A stretch of DNA of 64,000 bases from Amaricoccus sp. (GCA_048594665.1 JBMDWT010000033.1:48094-112093), one strand, 5' to 3'; positions 50,875 through 64,000 are shown, counted from the stretch's first letter. Notes: generated by a model not told the origin, from the sequence alone. Made by a program: numbers and translations.

Positions 50875-51729
50875 ATGACGAGTAAGGCAAATGCCGGACA
50901 GGAAGATCTCTGGAACGCCGCGCCCGGGCGGAACTGGGCACGGTTTCAGCCGGATATGGATCTGTTGCTGGCCTCCGTCTCGGATCTGGTCCTGCAAGCG
51001 GCACAACCATCCCGAGACGAGCGAATCCTCGATGTCGGCTGTGGCGCGGGCGCCCTGACATTCGCAGCCGCCACCGGGATCGGGGCCGGGGGCGAAGCGC
51101 TCGGGGTCGATCTTTCCACGCCCCTGATCGAGCGGGCGCGGGAGCGGGCCCGCGACCTCGGCCTGTCACAGGTGCGATTCCAGCTGGCGGATGCGCAGAC
51201 CTGTCCGTTCGATTCGGACCGGGACCTGATCCTGTCCCGTTTTGGCGTCATGTTCTTCGAGGATCCGGTCGCGGCCTTTCACAACCTGCTCGGCGCCTTG
51301 CGGCCCGGCGGGCGGCTGGTCATGGCGGCCTGGGCCGAAACCGAGGCCAATCCGTTCTTTTCGGTGCCGGGCCGGATCGCGGTGGAGCGCCTCGGGCGCG
51401 CGGCACCGGGCGATCCGGACGCGCCCGGGCCGATGGCATTTCGCAACCCCGAGCGGGTGGTGGGCATCCTGCTGCGATCGGGCTTTGCCGAGCCCCGGGC
51501 GCAACGGGTCGCGGTGGATCTCTTTCATCCGGGCGGAGCACCGGCGGTCCAGACGCTGCTCGGCCATATCGGAGGGGTGCCGCGCCATATCCGCGACATG
51601 GGCGGCACGGAGGAGGACCTGCGCGCGATCCTGAGCGACGTGGGGGAGGCCTTCGCGCCTTATGTCGCTCCGGACGGTATCCGGATCCCGGCGGTGGTCC
51701 AGATCTATTCGGCGGTCAAGGCTCCCTGA
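50875..51729 (+). CDS. Class I SAM-dependent methyltransferase
   Basis: LDVGCGAG, GVDLS, SRFGVMFF, LRPGGRL. Confidence 0.9.
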   Translation: MTSKANAGQEDLWNAAPGRNWARFQPDMDLLLASVSDLVLQAAQPSRDERILDVGCGAGALTFAAATGIGAGGEALGVDLSTPLIERARERARDLGLSQVRFQLADAQTCPFDSDRDLILSRFGVMFFEDPVAAFHNLLGALRPGGRLVMAAWAETEANPFFSVPGRIAVERLGRAAPGDPDAPGPMAFRNPERVVGILLRSGFAEPRAQRVAVDLFHPGGAPAVQTLLGHIGGVPRHIRDMGGTEEDLRAILSDVGEAFAPYVAPDGIRIPAVVQIYSAVKAP

Positions 51730-51810
51730 ACCGGGGAGCCTTCGCGTTCCTCCCTTTCGGGACGGGGCCTTTCAGGCTATCCTGATGGCCCGGAGCGGAG
51801 GTTTCGGATC

Positions 51811-52341
51811 ATGGCAAAGATCGTCTTCGGAATGAACCTGTCTCTGGACGGTTATGTGGATCACACGCATTTCGCGCCCGATCCGCCGCTTTTTCGGCAT
51901 TGGATCGATTATGTGAGGGGCCTGACCGGCAGTCTCTATGGCAGACGTCTCTATGAGATTATGCGCTACTGGGACGAGGACGATCCGGACTGGCCGCCGG
52001 ACCATCGGGATTTTGCAATGGCCTGGCGCAATCATCCCAAATGGGTGGTGTCCCGCTCGCTGGTCTGCGTCGGTCCGAACGCCAGCCTGGTTTCGGGCGA
52101 TCTCGAAACGGCGGCGCGGGATCTCAGGGCCCGGTTTTCGGGAGAGATCGAGGTCGGCGGGCCGGACCTCGCCGGGAGCCTGAGCCGTCTCGGCCTGATC
52201 GATGAATATCGTCTCTATTACCATCCGGTCGTGCTCGGGGGTGGCCAGCCGTTTTTCACGGGGCCGGTGCCGCGCCTGCGCCTGATCGCGACGGATGCTG
52301 TTGGCGCGGATGTGGTCAGGTTGACCTACGTTCCCGCCTGA
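51811..52341 (+). CDS. DHFR/RibD C-terminal family protein
   Basis: SLDGY, YGRRLYE, GGPDLA, IDEYRL, VLGGG. Confidence 0.88.
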   Translation: MAKIVFGMNLSLDGYVDHTHFAPDPPLFRHWIDYVRGLTGSLYGRRLYEIMRYWDEDDPDWPPDHRDFAMAWRNHPKWVVSRSLVCVGPNASLVSGDLETAARDLRARFSGEIEVGGPDLAGSLSRLGLIDEYRLYYHPVVLGGGQPFFTGPVPRLRLIATDAVGADVVRLTYVPA

Positions 52342-52354
52342 GCCTCGCCGGAGG

Positions 52355-54993
<2,639 letters not shown>

Positions 54994-55013
<20 letters not shown>

Positions 55014-56727
55014 GGCGCTCCGCCTTCGCACCCGGATGAGTGACGGCGCCGAGGTAGGTGGACCCGACGAGCTGGGCATATTTCCAGAGCGCGCCGCTGG
55101 CATAGATCGTCGGGCGCGGGCCGTTCCAGCCCTTGGCCCGTTCGGCCAGTTCCTCATCGGTCAAGGCAACGCTGATCTCGCCCTTGATCGCGTCGAGGGT
55201 GATCATGTCGCCGTCGCGCAGGAGCGCGATGGGGCCGCCCTTCGCCGCCTCCGGGCCGACATGGCCGACGCAGAAGCCCCGGGTCGCCCCCGAGAAGCGC
55301 CCGTCGGTGATCAGCGCGACCTTCTTGCCCATGCCCTGGCCGGAAAGCGCGGCGGTGGTCGAGAGCATCTCGCGCATGCCGGGGCCGCCGACGGGGCCTT
55401 CGTTGCGGATGACGATGACCTCGCCCTCCTTGTAGCTCCGCTTCTGCACGGCTGCGAAGGCGTCCTCCTCGCATTCGAAGACCCGGGCCGGGCCGGTGAA
55501 GACCTGCTCCTCGGGGCTCATGCCGGCGACCTTCACGATCGCCCCCTCGGGCGCGAGATTGCCGGTCAGGCCGACGACGCCGCCCGTCGCCGAAATCGGC
55601 GTCTCGATCGGATAGATCACCTTGCCATCGGGTTCGCCCCGGATCAGGTCGAGCTCCTCGCCCATCGTGCGCCCGCTCGCGGTAACGCAGTCCTCGTGCA
55701 GGAGGCCCGCCTTGCGCAGCTCCTTGAGCACCACGGGCACGCCGCCCGCCTCGAACAGATCCTTGGCCACATAGGCGCCGCCCGGCCGCAGATTCACGAA
55801 ATAGGGCGTGTCGCGGAAGATGTCGCAGACGTCCCCCAGCGTGAAGTCGATGCCCGCCTCATGGGCGATGGCCGGAAGATGCAGGCCGCCGTTGGTCGAG
55901 CCGCCGGTGCAGGCGACGACGCGGGCGGCGTTCTCGAGGCTCTTGCGGGTGACGATGTCGCGGGCGCGGATGTTCTTTTCCAGCAGGTTCATGACGGCGA
56001 TGCCGCTCGCCACACCATACTGGTCGCGGCTCTCATAGGGGGCGGGGGCGCCGGAGGAATTGAAGAGCGCAAGGCCGATCGCCTCCGAGACGCAGGCCAT
56101 GGTGTTCGCGGTATACTGACCGCCGCAGGCCCCGGAGGAGGGGCAGGCGATCCGCTCGATGATATCGAGTTCGGCGTCCGACATCTCTCCGGCCTGATGC
56201 CGGCCGACCGCCTCGAAAACATCCTGAACCACCACGTCGCGGCCGTTCAGCTTGCCGGGCAGGATCGAGCCGCCATACATGAAGACGGAGGGAACGTTGA
56301 GGCGGACCATCGCCATCATCATGCCGGGCAGGCTCTTGTCACAGCCCGCGAGCCCGACCAGCGCATCGTAGCAATGGCCGCGCATGGTCAGTTCGACCGT
56401 GTCGGCGATGGCATCCCGGCTGGCGAGCGAGGAGCGCATCCCCTCGTGGCCCATGGCGATGCCGTCGGTGACGGTGATGGTGGTGAATTCGCGCGGGGTG
56501 CCGAGCGCCTGCTTGACCCCGAGCTTGGCGGCCTGGGCCTGGCGGTTCAGCGCGATGTTGCAGGGCGCGGCCTCGTTCCAGCAGGTGGCGACGCCGACGA
56601 GGGGCTGATGGATTTCCGCTTCGGAAATGCCCATGGCATAGAGATAGCTGCGATGCGGCGCCCGTTCCGGTCCTTCGGTCACATGGCGGCTGGGCAGCTT
56701 GCTTTTGTCGAATTTCGGGGCGTCCAT
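54994..56727 (-). CDS. ilvD: Dihydroxy-acid dehydratase
   Basis: [50 protein letters not shown]. Confidence 0.97.
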
Positions 56728-57204
56728 CGGGCTTACCTTTCCTCCGGCGGCAAAGTCATTGCGTCTCGTAGGCGAGCGCGCGGGAAATCTCAAGCACCCG
56801 GCCAGCTGGTTGTTTTTCGGAGGCCGCCGGACGGTGACGCGAATCGCTAGGCGCGCTTGCGAGAATCTGCTAAAATTCACATAATGCGTTCGTTGATCTA
56901 TCAACTGATCCAGAGAATCCAATCTATTTACGAGTATCGTCCCGGATTCCGGGTTCGGTGAGTTTGAAAGACATATAACCCTCCAAAGATGATCCGGTTC
57001 ACAGGGGCAGGCTCGTGAAGGTATCTCCACGAGATTTCTGGTGGAATGCGGAAATATCAAAGGGAAATATTTTCAAGAACCATACTATAATATATTTTTA
57101 GGATGTGTCTAGATTGTGATAATATGATGTAACAATAAGATCAAAAAGAAGCGCCGTGTTTTGATGATTATATCGACGATAGATTCAAGAGCGGTGTTTC
57201 TTGG

Positions 57205-57552
57205 GTGTCCTATCGAATGGATGGTGGCATGTCAGGTTGTTTCTTAGGGATTTCCCCCCGTTTTTTATTTGTCTTTGCCTTGATAGTCTTTCCGGATCTT
57301 GTCCGGACCGGCCCCGCGTGGGCCGAGGAGAGCCCATCCGGGACCGTTTCGGTGTCCGGGGTGCGGGTGACGCAGGGCGACGGGGTCGAATGCCCGAGGA
57401 TCAGGGACGCCTCCGGACGGGAATATGCCGTTTCCTATCTGCCGCCATCGATCCCGATCGGTTCGCCGGTTTCGGTCCGAGGACCGCTCGTCATCCTGAC
57501 GACCTGCCTGGGCAAGGTGATCCATGTCGAGGAACTGGTTCCCGGACCCTGA
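57205..57552 (+). CDS. Small exported protein, DUF5818-like
   Basis: Hydrophobic leader ending PAWA, GVECP...V.V.G...TTCLG two-Cys pattern; start uncertain. Confidence 0.55.
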   Translation: MSYRMDGGMSGCFLGISPRFLFVFALIVFPDLVRTGPAWAEESPSGTVSVSGVRVTQGDGVECPRIRDASGREYAVSYLPPSIPIGSPVSVRGPLVILTTCLGKVIHVEELVPGP

Positions 57553-57600
57553 GGCCAAATCAAGTCTGGACAGAAAAACCAACAGAAGGGGAAAAGAGTC

Positions 57601-60408
57601 ATGGCACTACCAACGGATCCGCTCCTCGCCAGTCAGTGGCATCTTCACAATCCGAACCCCGCCTTGCTGGACCTGAATGTGTTCGGCGTGTGGAATCCGG
57701 TCGAGGGGCTCGCCTATACGGGCCTGGGCACCCGGACCTTCGTGCTCGACAGCGGAATCGATTTCAACCATCCGGACCTTGCGCCCAACTACAATACCGT
57801 CCTCGATTTCGATTTTGAGACCGGGGCGCTCAGCGCCTTCGGAAGTGACACCGAGTCCCACGGAACCGCCGTGGCCGGCATCATCGGGGCGGCGGCCAAT
57901 GGAACCGGCGCGGTCGGCGTTGCCTATCAGACCAATCTGGTTGGATATCGCACCGCGCAATTCATCAACGACGCCTGGCTTCAGGATGTCCGCGACGGCA
58001 TCCATTTCTTTGCCACCCCGGGCCGCGACGGCGATGTGATGAACATCAGCCAGGGTATCGCCAACGACACGAGCAGCGAATTCGGGGTGGGATACAATGC
58101 CGTCCGCTTCGACGAGATCGAAGCCTCGATCGGCGACGCGGTCAATGACGGCCGGGGCGGCCTCGGGGCTACGATCGTCAAGTCGGCGGGCAATTCGCGG
58201 AGCGCGGATTATGACGTCAATGCCGACGACTGGACCAATGACACACGTCAGGTCGTGGTCGCGGCGGTCGATCAGAACGGTTTTGTCTCCTCCTATTCCA
58301 GCTATGGCGCGGCGGTCCTGGTGTCGGCCTTCGGAACCCCGGGACAGGTGGTGACCACGGACCGCGTGGGGTCGGCCGGTTACAACAGCACGGATTTCAC
58401 GAGTGGGTTCAACGGCACCTCGGCGGCGGCGCCGATGGTCACGGGTGTCGTTTCCCTGATGTACGATGCCAACGCCGGGCTCGGCTGGCGCGATGTGCAG
58501 ACCATCCTCGGGGTTTCCGCGCGGCATGTCGGAACCGACGTCGGTTTCGGAACCGGGGGATCGGAGCGGTTCGCCTGGAACTTCAACCATGCCGAGACCT
58601 GGAACGGGGGCGGCCAGCATTTCAGCAATGACTATGGTTATGGTCTGGTCGATGCGCTGGCGGCGGTCCGGTTGGCCGAGACATGGCATCTGACCGGGAC
58701 GGCCGCGGCCACCACCGGCAACCAGTTTACCAATACGATGGATGTGTTGAATTCGGCCGTGGTCGTGCCCGATGGGAATACCACCGGGCTGACCTTCGTC
58801 GGCAACGCGACTTTTGATGATTATGTGGAGCGCGTGACCGTCCAGATGACGTTTTCAACGACATTCACGGGCGACCTCGAAGTCTATCTGACGTCTCCGG
58901 ACGGCACCGTGAGCCAGTTGATCGCGGACACCGGGGGCGGCAATGATTTCAACGGGACCTGGACCTTCGAAAGCCAGGCGTTCCGGGGCGAGCGGGCGGC
59001 CGGCGCCTGGACGGTCCGGGTCGTGGACGACGCGGGTGGGGACACATTGACCGTGTCCGATATCGTGATCCGCACTTTCGGCGCGTTTTCATCGGATGAC
59101 CGGTATATCTTCACGAACGAATATTCCGATTATGCCGGGCTGTTCGGGCATGACACCAATGTCAGCGATGCGAATGGTGGCATCGATACAGTGAACGCGG
59201 CCGCCGTCGGCACCGGATCGATCATCCGCCTCAATGGCGCCGTCAGCACGATCGATGGCGTGGCTGTGACATTTGCCAATATTGAGAATGCCATCGGTGG
59301 CGACGGCGCCGACAATATCGCAGGAGGCCTTGGGAACAATCTGATCTATGGCATGAGAGGCGCCGATACCCTGACCGGCGGAAATGGGGGAACCGATACG
59401 GTCTATGGCGGCACGGGCAACGACCGGATCGCCGACAATGACCTTGTCAATTTCGATTTCATGGATGGTGGAGACGGTTCGGATACGATCAGCTATGCAA
59501 ACGTGAGCTTCGCCACGGGTGTGGTTACGATCGATCTCGCGGCGGGGCTGACCAGTGTTTCGGGCGGCAATACCGAGACCATTCTGAATTTCGAGAATGC
59601 CTGGGGGTCGCAGGGTGGCGAGACCATTCGTGGGACGTCGGGCGCGAACTCGATCCTCGGAGCGGGAGGCGATGACACGATCCTGGGTGGGACAGGTCGC
59701 GACACGGTGGATGGCGGTTCGGGTAACGATCGCGTCGTCGATACCGATTTCGTGGATTTCGACAGCTACAATGGCGGTACGGGCACCGACACGATCGACT
59801 ATTCCGGTATTGCGTTTGGCAACAACATTGTGACGATCAATCTTGCGACCGGCCTGACCTCGGTCAGCGGCGGGAATACCGAATCAATCATCGCCTTCGA
59901 GAATATCATTGGATCCGGCGGGGCCGAGACGCTGCGCGGGTCAACTGGCAACAATGTGCTTCGGGGCAATGCGGGCGCGGACAGCATCTTCGGCAATTCG
60001 GGCGCTGATTCCATCTATGGTGATCAAGGCGCGGATATCCTGTTCGGCGGCGCCGGGAACGACACGTTTTTCTTCACCAACAAGTCGGAATCGACGTTTT
60101 CCGCCGGGGGGACAACCTGTGACCGCTTGCGCGCGGATGGGGCAAACGCGGCCTTCGCGGGCGCGGGCAACGCGGTGGGTGACAGGATCAATCTCTCTGC
60201 GATCGATGCGAACGAAAGCGTTGCCGGAAACCAGGCCTTCATCTTCGGCGGCGCCGCGACGATTGGCCATTTGCAATGCGTAACCTCGGGCAGCAATACT
60301 TCCGTGCTCGGTTATACGAACGCCACGGCCGGAGCGGATTTCCAGATCCTGATCGAGGATGGCGCGGTGACGGCGGTGACCTACACGGCGGCGGATTTCG
60401 TGCTCTGA
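57601..60408 (+). CDS. Kexin-like S8 peptidase + P-domain + RTX/serralysin-type Ca-binding C-terminus
   Basis: Triad LDSG / SHGT / NGTSAAAP, LGWRDVQ, FSNDYGYG, P-domain (GDLEVYLTSPDGT, GAWTVRVVD), many GGxGxD repeats, DRINLSAIDAN. Confidence 0.92.
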   Translation: MALPTDPLLASQWHLHNPNPALLDLNVFGVWNPVEGLAYTGLGTRTFVLDSGIDFNHPDLAPNYNTVLDFDFETGALSAFGSDTESHGTAVAGIIGAAANGTGAVGVAYQTNLVGYRTAQFINDAWLQDVRDGIHFFATPGRDGDVMNISQGIANDTSSEFGVGYNAVRFDEIEASIGDAVNDGRGGLGATIVKSAGNSRSADYDVNADDWTNDTRQVVVAAVDQNGFVSSYSSYGAAVLVSAFGTPGQVVTTDRVGSAGYNSTDFTSGFNGTSAAAPMVTGVVSLMYDANAGLGWRDVQTILGVSARHVGTDVGFGTGGSERFAWNFNHAETWNGGGQHFSNDYGYGLVDALAAVRLAETWHLTGTAAATTGNQFTNTMDVLNSAVVVPDGNTTGLTFVGNATFDDYVERVTVQMTFSTTFTGDLEVYLTSPDGTVSQLIADTGGGNDFNGTWTFESQAFRGERAAGAWTVRVVDDAGGDTLTVSDIVIRTFGAFSSDDRYIFTNEYSDYAGLFGHDTNVSDANGGIDTVNAAAVGTGSIIRLNGAVSTIDGVAVTFANIENAIGGDGADNIAGGLGNNLIYGMRGADTLTGGNGGTDTVYGGTGNDRIADNDLVNFDFMDGGDGSDTISYANVSFATGVVTIDLAAGLTSVSGGNTETILNFENAWGSQGGETIRGTSGANSILGAGGDDTILGGTGRDTVDGGSGNDRVVDTDFVDFDSYNGGTGTDTIDYSGIAFGNNIVTINLATGLTSVSGGNTESIIAFENIIGSGGAETLRGSTGNNVLRGNAGADSIFGNSGADSIYGDQGADILFGGAGNDTFFFTNKSESTFSAGGTTCDRLRADGANAAFAGAGNAVGDRINLSAIDANESVAGNQAFIFGGAATIGHLQCVTSGSNTSVLGYTNATAGADFQILIEDGAVTAVTYTAADFVL
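59395..60006 (+). repeat. Intragenic 306-bp (102-aa) tandem duplication in the RTX region
   Basis: DTVYGGTGNDR...LTSVSGGNTE.. repeats as DTVDGGSGNDR...LTSVSGGNTE.. at exactly 306-nt offset. Confidence 0.8.
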
Positions 60409-60466
60409 ACTTTGCGGAGCAAGGGCGAGCGCCATACCCGGCACACGAACGTCCGACTCATGTCTC

Positions 60467-61384
60467 TTGCCGAAACCTGGGCCCGTTCCTATCAAGGGCA
60501 TCGGCGGGAGACAGGATTTTGGAGGGATATTGTCCCCTGATCAGGCGCGGTTCGAGGATTTCATCGCTCCGGCCCGGACCAGGCCGGAGCTTTGGCGTCT
60601 GGCGGCGGGATTCGTGCTCGCAATCGCGGTCTGGATGGCCGCGGCCGCGCCCCTGCTTTGGCTGGCGGGGCATCAGGGGGGGCGGGCGGTGCTCCTGACC
60701 TATCTCGCCTCGTTCGGAGCCCTGATCCTGGGGCTCTGGCTCGCCACGCGCCTGTTCCAGAGGCGCGATTTCATGTCCCTGATCGGGCCCGGAGGATTGC
60801 GGCCCGGACCGTTCCTGGCGGGCGCCGCGGTCATTCTCGCGCTGGGCCTTGCAACCGCCTTCCTCCTCGATGCGCCCGTCAGGCACCTGTCTCTCCGGGA
60901 CTGGGTGATCTGGCTGCCCTTTGCCATGACGGCGATCGCCTTGCAGACCGGAGCGGAGGAACTGATGTTCCGGGGCTATCTGACGCAGGGCCTGGCCGTC
61001 CGCTTCCGCGCGCGCTGGATCTGGTGGGGCGTTCCGGCGGTCCTGTTCGGCACCCTGCATTGGAATGGGCCGGAATATGGAGCCAACGCCGGCTGGGTGG
61101 TGGTCTCGGCGATCCTGACCGGACTCATCCTCGCGGATGTGACGGCGCGGACCGGAAATCTCTCATTGGCGATGGGACTGCATTTCGCCAACAATTTCGC
61201 AGCGCTCCTGTTGGTGGCGACGGCCTCGCCCCTGTCGGGGCTCAGCCTGTGGCTCTCGCTCGCGGATCCGACCGATGCCGCGACCTTCCGGACGCGGCTG
61301 ATCCTCGATATGGCAATGACCCTCGCGCTCTATCTCGGCTGGCGGGGGATCAGATCGCGGCGAGAAGAGTTTCGCCGCCGCTGA
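60467..61384 (+). CDS. CPBP (Abi/CAAX) family intramembrane metalloprotease
   Basis: QTGAEELMFRGYL, LFGTLH, AMGLHFANN; start uncertain. Confidence 0.88.
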   Translation: MPKPGPVPIKGIGGRQDFGGILSPDQARFEDFIAPARTRPELWRLAAGFVLAIAVWMAAAAPLLWLAGHQGGRAVLLTYLASFGALILGLWLATRLFQRRDFMSLIGPGGLRPGPFLAGAAVILALGLATAFLLDAPVRHLSLRDWVIWLPFAMTAIALQTGAEELMFRGYLTQGLAVRFRARWIWWGVPAVLFGTLHWNGPEYGANAGWVVVSAILTGLILADVTARTGNLSLAMGLHFANNFAALLLVATASPLSGLSLWLSLADPTDAATFRTRLILDMAMTLALYLGWRGIRSRREEFRRR

Positions 61385-61838
61385 TGTCGCAGGTGCCGGG
61401 GCTGGCTTCGAGATTGAGAACCTTGACCACGCCATCCTCCACCAGCATCGCATAGCGTTTGGAGCGATCGATCAGGCCGACGGCGGGAGCGCTGAAATCC
61501 ATGCCGATCGCCTTGGTGAAGGTCGCCTCGGGATCGGCGAGAAACCGGATCCCCTCCTTGCCCGCGCCGGTCGCCTCGTTCCAAGCCTTGAGCACGAAGG
61601 GATCATTGACCGAAACGCAGACGATCTCATCGACGCCCTTGGCGCGGATCTCGTCGGCGGTGCGCATGAAGCTCGGCACATGCTGGGTGGAGCAGACCCC
61701 GGTATAGGCGCCGGGCAGGGCGAAGACCACGACCTTGCGACCCTTGAAGAGCGCGTCGGAGGGAACCTGCGTCGGCCCGCTTTCGGTCATTTCGATGAAG
61801 GTCGCGGAAGGAGCGCTGTCGCCAATTGCTATCGTCAT
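61350..61838 (-). CDS. Peroxiredoxin (Prx5 type)
   Basis: PGAYTGVCSTQHVP, CVSVNDPFV, RSKRYAM. Confidence 0.93.
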   Translation of the reverse strand: MTIAIGDSAPSATFIEMTESGPTQVPSDALFKGRKVVVFALPGAYTGVCSTQHVPSFMRTADEIRAKGVDEIVCVSVNDPFVLKAWNEATGAGKEGIRFLADPEATFTKAIGMDFSAPAVGLIDRSKRYAMLVEDGVVKVLNLEASPGTCDISGGETLLAAI

Positions 61839-61922
61839 GCTGTCAGACCTTGTCCATGGTTGTAGGTGACCCTCCGCCGGATATAGACGGACGATCAGGG
61901 AAGACCAATCCGGAAAGGCGCG

Positions 61923-63140
61923 ATGATGGACGGGGCAGTGGCACGCATTCTGGTGGTGGGCGCGGGACAGGCGGGCGCCGCGCTCTGTGCCAGGCTGCGC
62001 GCCCTGGGATATGCGGGAACCCTGACACTGGTCGGGGCGGAGACGGCGGCGCCCTATCAGCGGCCGCCCCTGTCCAAGGCGTATCTCAAGGGCGAACTGG
62101 AGCGCGAGCGTCTCCATCTGCGGCCCGCGAGTTTCTATGAGGCGGAGCGGATCGACTGGATCGGTGGCGTGGCGGTGACCGGGATCGACCGGGCGCGGCG
62201 CGTGGCCCATCTTGGGAACGGGCGGGAGCTTGGCTATGATCTTCTGGCCCTGACCACCGGCGCGGAGCCGCGGCGCCTGCCGGCGGAGATTGGCGGGGAT
62301 CTGCCCGGAGTCCTGGTGATGCGCGATCTCGCCGACGCCGATGCGCTGGCGCGGGCGATTCCCGCCGCGCGGCGGGGGGTCATTGTCGGGGGAGGATATA
62401 TCGGGTTGGAAGCGGCGGCGGTCCTGTCGCAGGCGGGGATCGAGGTGACCCTGATCGAGGCGGCGCCCCGAATTCTGGCGCGGGTCGCATCGCCCGCCAC
62501 GGCCGATTATTTCCGCGCCCTGCATCGCGCGCGGGGGGTGACGATCCTGGAGGGTGTGGGATTGACCCGCCTGACCGGGACGGCGCGGGTGACCGGGGCG
62601 GAACTGGCGGATGGAAGGGTTCTGCCCGCCGATCTGGTGCTGGTCGGGATCGGCGTCGCCCCGCGGGATGAACTGGCGCGCGCGGCGGGACTTGTCGTCG
62701 AAAACGGGATCCGGGTGGACGAAGCCGGGCGCACCTCCGATCCCGCGATCTTCGCCGCCGGGGATTGTGTGAGCTTTCCGCATCGCGGCGGGTACATCCG
62801 GCTGGAAAGCGTGCCCCATGCCATCGATCAGGCGGAAGCGGTGGCCGAGGCCATGATGGGGGGCGATGTCCGTTACGAGGCGCGGCCCTGGTTCTGGTCC
62901 GATCAATATGAGGTGAAGCTTCAGATCGCGGGACTGGGGGCGGGGTTCGAGCGGACCGTCACAAGGGCGGGCGGGCGCGAGGGCAGCCAGTCCGTCTGGT
63001 ATTTCCGCGAAGGCCGATTGATCGCGGTCGATGCGATGAACGACCCCCGCGCCTATATGACCGGCAAGCGCTGGATCGAGGCGGGACTGTCGCCCGATCC
63101 GGAGGCGGTGGCCGACGGCGATCTCAAGACGCTGGTCTGA
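61923..63140 (+). CDS. FAD-dependent ferredoxin reductase
   Basis: GAGQAG, YQRPPLSK, GGGYIGLE, TSDPAIFAAGD, PWFWSDQY. Confidence 0.92.
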   Translation: MMDGAVARILVVGAGQAGAALCARLRALGYAGTLTLVGAETAAPYQRPPLSKAYLKGELERERLHLRPASFYEAERIDWIGGVAVTGIDRARRVAHLGNGRELGYDLLALTTGAEPRRLPAEIGGDLPGVLVMRDLADADALARAIPAARRGVIVGGGYIGLEAAAVLSQAGIEVTLIEAAPRILARVASPATADYFRALHRARGVTILEGVGLTRLTGTARVTGAELADGRVLPADLVLVGIGVAPRDELARAAGLVVENGIRVDEAGRTSDPAIFAAGDCVSFPHRGGYIRLESVPHAIDQAEAVAEAMMGGDVRYEARPWFWSDQYEVKLQIAGLGAGFERTVTRAGGREGSQSVWYFREGRLIAVDAMNDPRAYMTGKRWIEAGLSPDPEAVADGDLKTLV

Positions 63141-63703
63141 TGCGCATCATCGCGGGACGGTTTCGCGGGACGGCGCTGACGGCCCTGGGCGCGGGGGACG
63201 CGGCGGCCCATCTGCGGCCGACGACGGACCGGGTGCGCGAGAGCCTGTTCAATCTGCTGGCCCATGGCGGCCATGGCGATCCGGTCACGGGGGCGCGGGT
63301 GCTCGATCTTTTCGCAGGGACCGGGGCACTCGGGCTGGAGGCGCTGTCGCGGGGGGCGGCGGGCGCCGTTTTTGTCGACCGGGGCGCAAAGGCGCTCGAC
63401 CTTGTGCGGCGTAACATTGCAAAGCTCCGCGTCGAGGCCGAGACCGAGGTGATCGCGCGCGATGCCTTGAAACTGGGACCGCGGGCGGGGGAGGGGTTCA
63501 CCCTCGTGTTTCTCGATCCGCCCTATGGCAAGGGATGGGGGGAGAAGGCTCTGGCGGCGGCCCTGGAGGGGGGATGGATCGCGGCGGGGGCGGTGATCGT
63601 CTGGGAGGAAAGCGCACAGGTCGCGGTGCCGCCCGGCTTGACCCCGCTCGACGCACGTCGCTATGGAGACACGATGATCCATATCCTGCGCGCCGCGTCA
63701 TGA
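63140..63703 (+). CDS. rsmD: 16S rRNA m2G966 methyltransferase RsmD
   Basis: MRIIAGRFRG, RPTTDRVRESLF, LDLFAGTGALG, DPPY. Confidence 0.95.
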   Translation: MRIIAGRFRGTALTALGAGDAAAHLRPTTDRVRESLFNLLAHGGHGDPVTGARVLDLFAGTGALGLEALSRGAAGAVFVDRGAKALDLVRRNIAKLRVEAETEVIARDALKLGPRAGEGFTLVFLDPPYGKGWGEKALAAALEGGWIAAGAVIVWEESAQVAVPPGLTPLDARRYGDTMIHILRAAS

Positions 63704-64000
63704 CCGAGGCCTCCGGCGAGGCCCGCCGCCTTCTGGGCGAGGTTTTCGGCTTCCCCGATTTCCGGCCCGGCCAGGAGGAAATCGTCGCCGCCGTCGAGGT
63801 GGGCGAGGACGTTCTGGCGATCATGCCGACCGGCGGCGGCAAATCCCTGCTGTTCCAATTGCCAGCCCTGACGCGGGAGGGGGTGACGCTGGTGGTGTCG
63901 CCGCTCATTGCCCTGATGCGGGACCAGGTGCGGGCCTTGCGGGCGGCGGGGGTGAACGCCGGCGCGCTGACTTCCGGCAACAGCCCGGAGGAAAATGCCG
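63700..64000 (+). CDS. recQ: DNA helicase RecQ (5' part, runs off the window)
   Basis: VFGFPDFRPGQ, MPTGGGKSLLFQLP, VVSPLIALMRDQV. Confidence 0.93.
   Translation, partial: MTEASGEARRLLGEVFGFPDFRPGQEEIVAAVEVGEDVLAIMPTGGGKSLLFQLPALTREGVTLVVSPLIALMRDQVRALRAAGVNAGALTSGNSPEENA

Noticed and set aside
56892-56905. FNR box upstream of the S8 protease (GTTGATCTATCAAC)
   Set aside because: Spacing is TTGAT-N2-ATCAA, not N4; it may be another operator, but the sequence gives no support for that.

Overview
High-GC alphaproteobacterial (Rhodobacteraceae-like) chromosomal window, mostly core genes: tspO; a flagellar cluster (SLT-flhA-fliR-flhB-fliJ-like / fliL-flgH-flgA-flgG-flgF-fliQ-fliE-flgC-flgB / fliI); guaB-rlmE-ppx; a folate/corrinoid methyl-transfer cluster (metF, MTHFR-like, pterin-binding methyltransferase, ASKHA activator); tRNA-Gly(CCC); secA-PPIase-argJ-mutT; hemH; comF-grxC-nitrilase-marR; ubiG/pip; fadH; ilvD; rsmD; partial recQ. 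The standout is a six-gene block between fliI and guaB. On the minus strand a tightly coupled operon encodes a B12-binding-type radical SAM enzyme, a nitric oxide synthase oxygenase and a GT2 glycosyltransferase. The radical SAM and NOS genes share one reading frame and are separated only by TAG-CGC. This operon converges on a ceramide-glucosyltransferase-like GT21 / DedA / GT2 operon. Other points: a 59-bp hairpin repeat with a compensatory base change, one copy of which lies in a TA-flanked 97-bp insertion that breaks ynfA; a small membrane ORF missing from the ORF track; a prodomain-less kexin-like S8 protease with RTX repeats; and a CRR6-like protein. Product calls come from motif recognition only; no database searches were run, and several start codons were re-chosen by eye.
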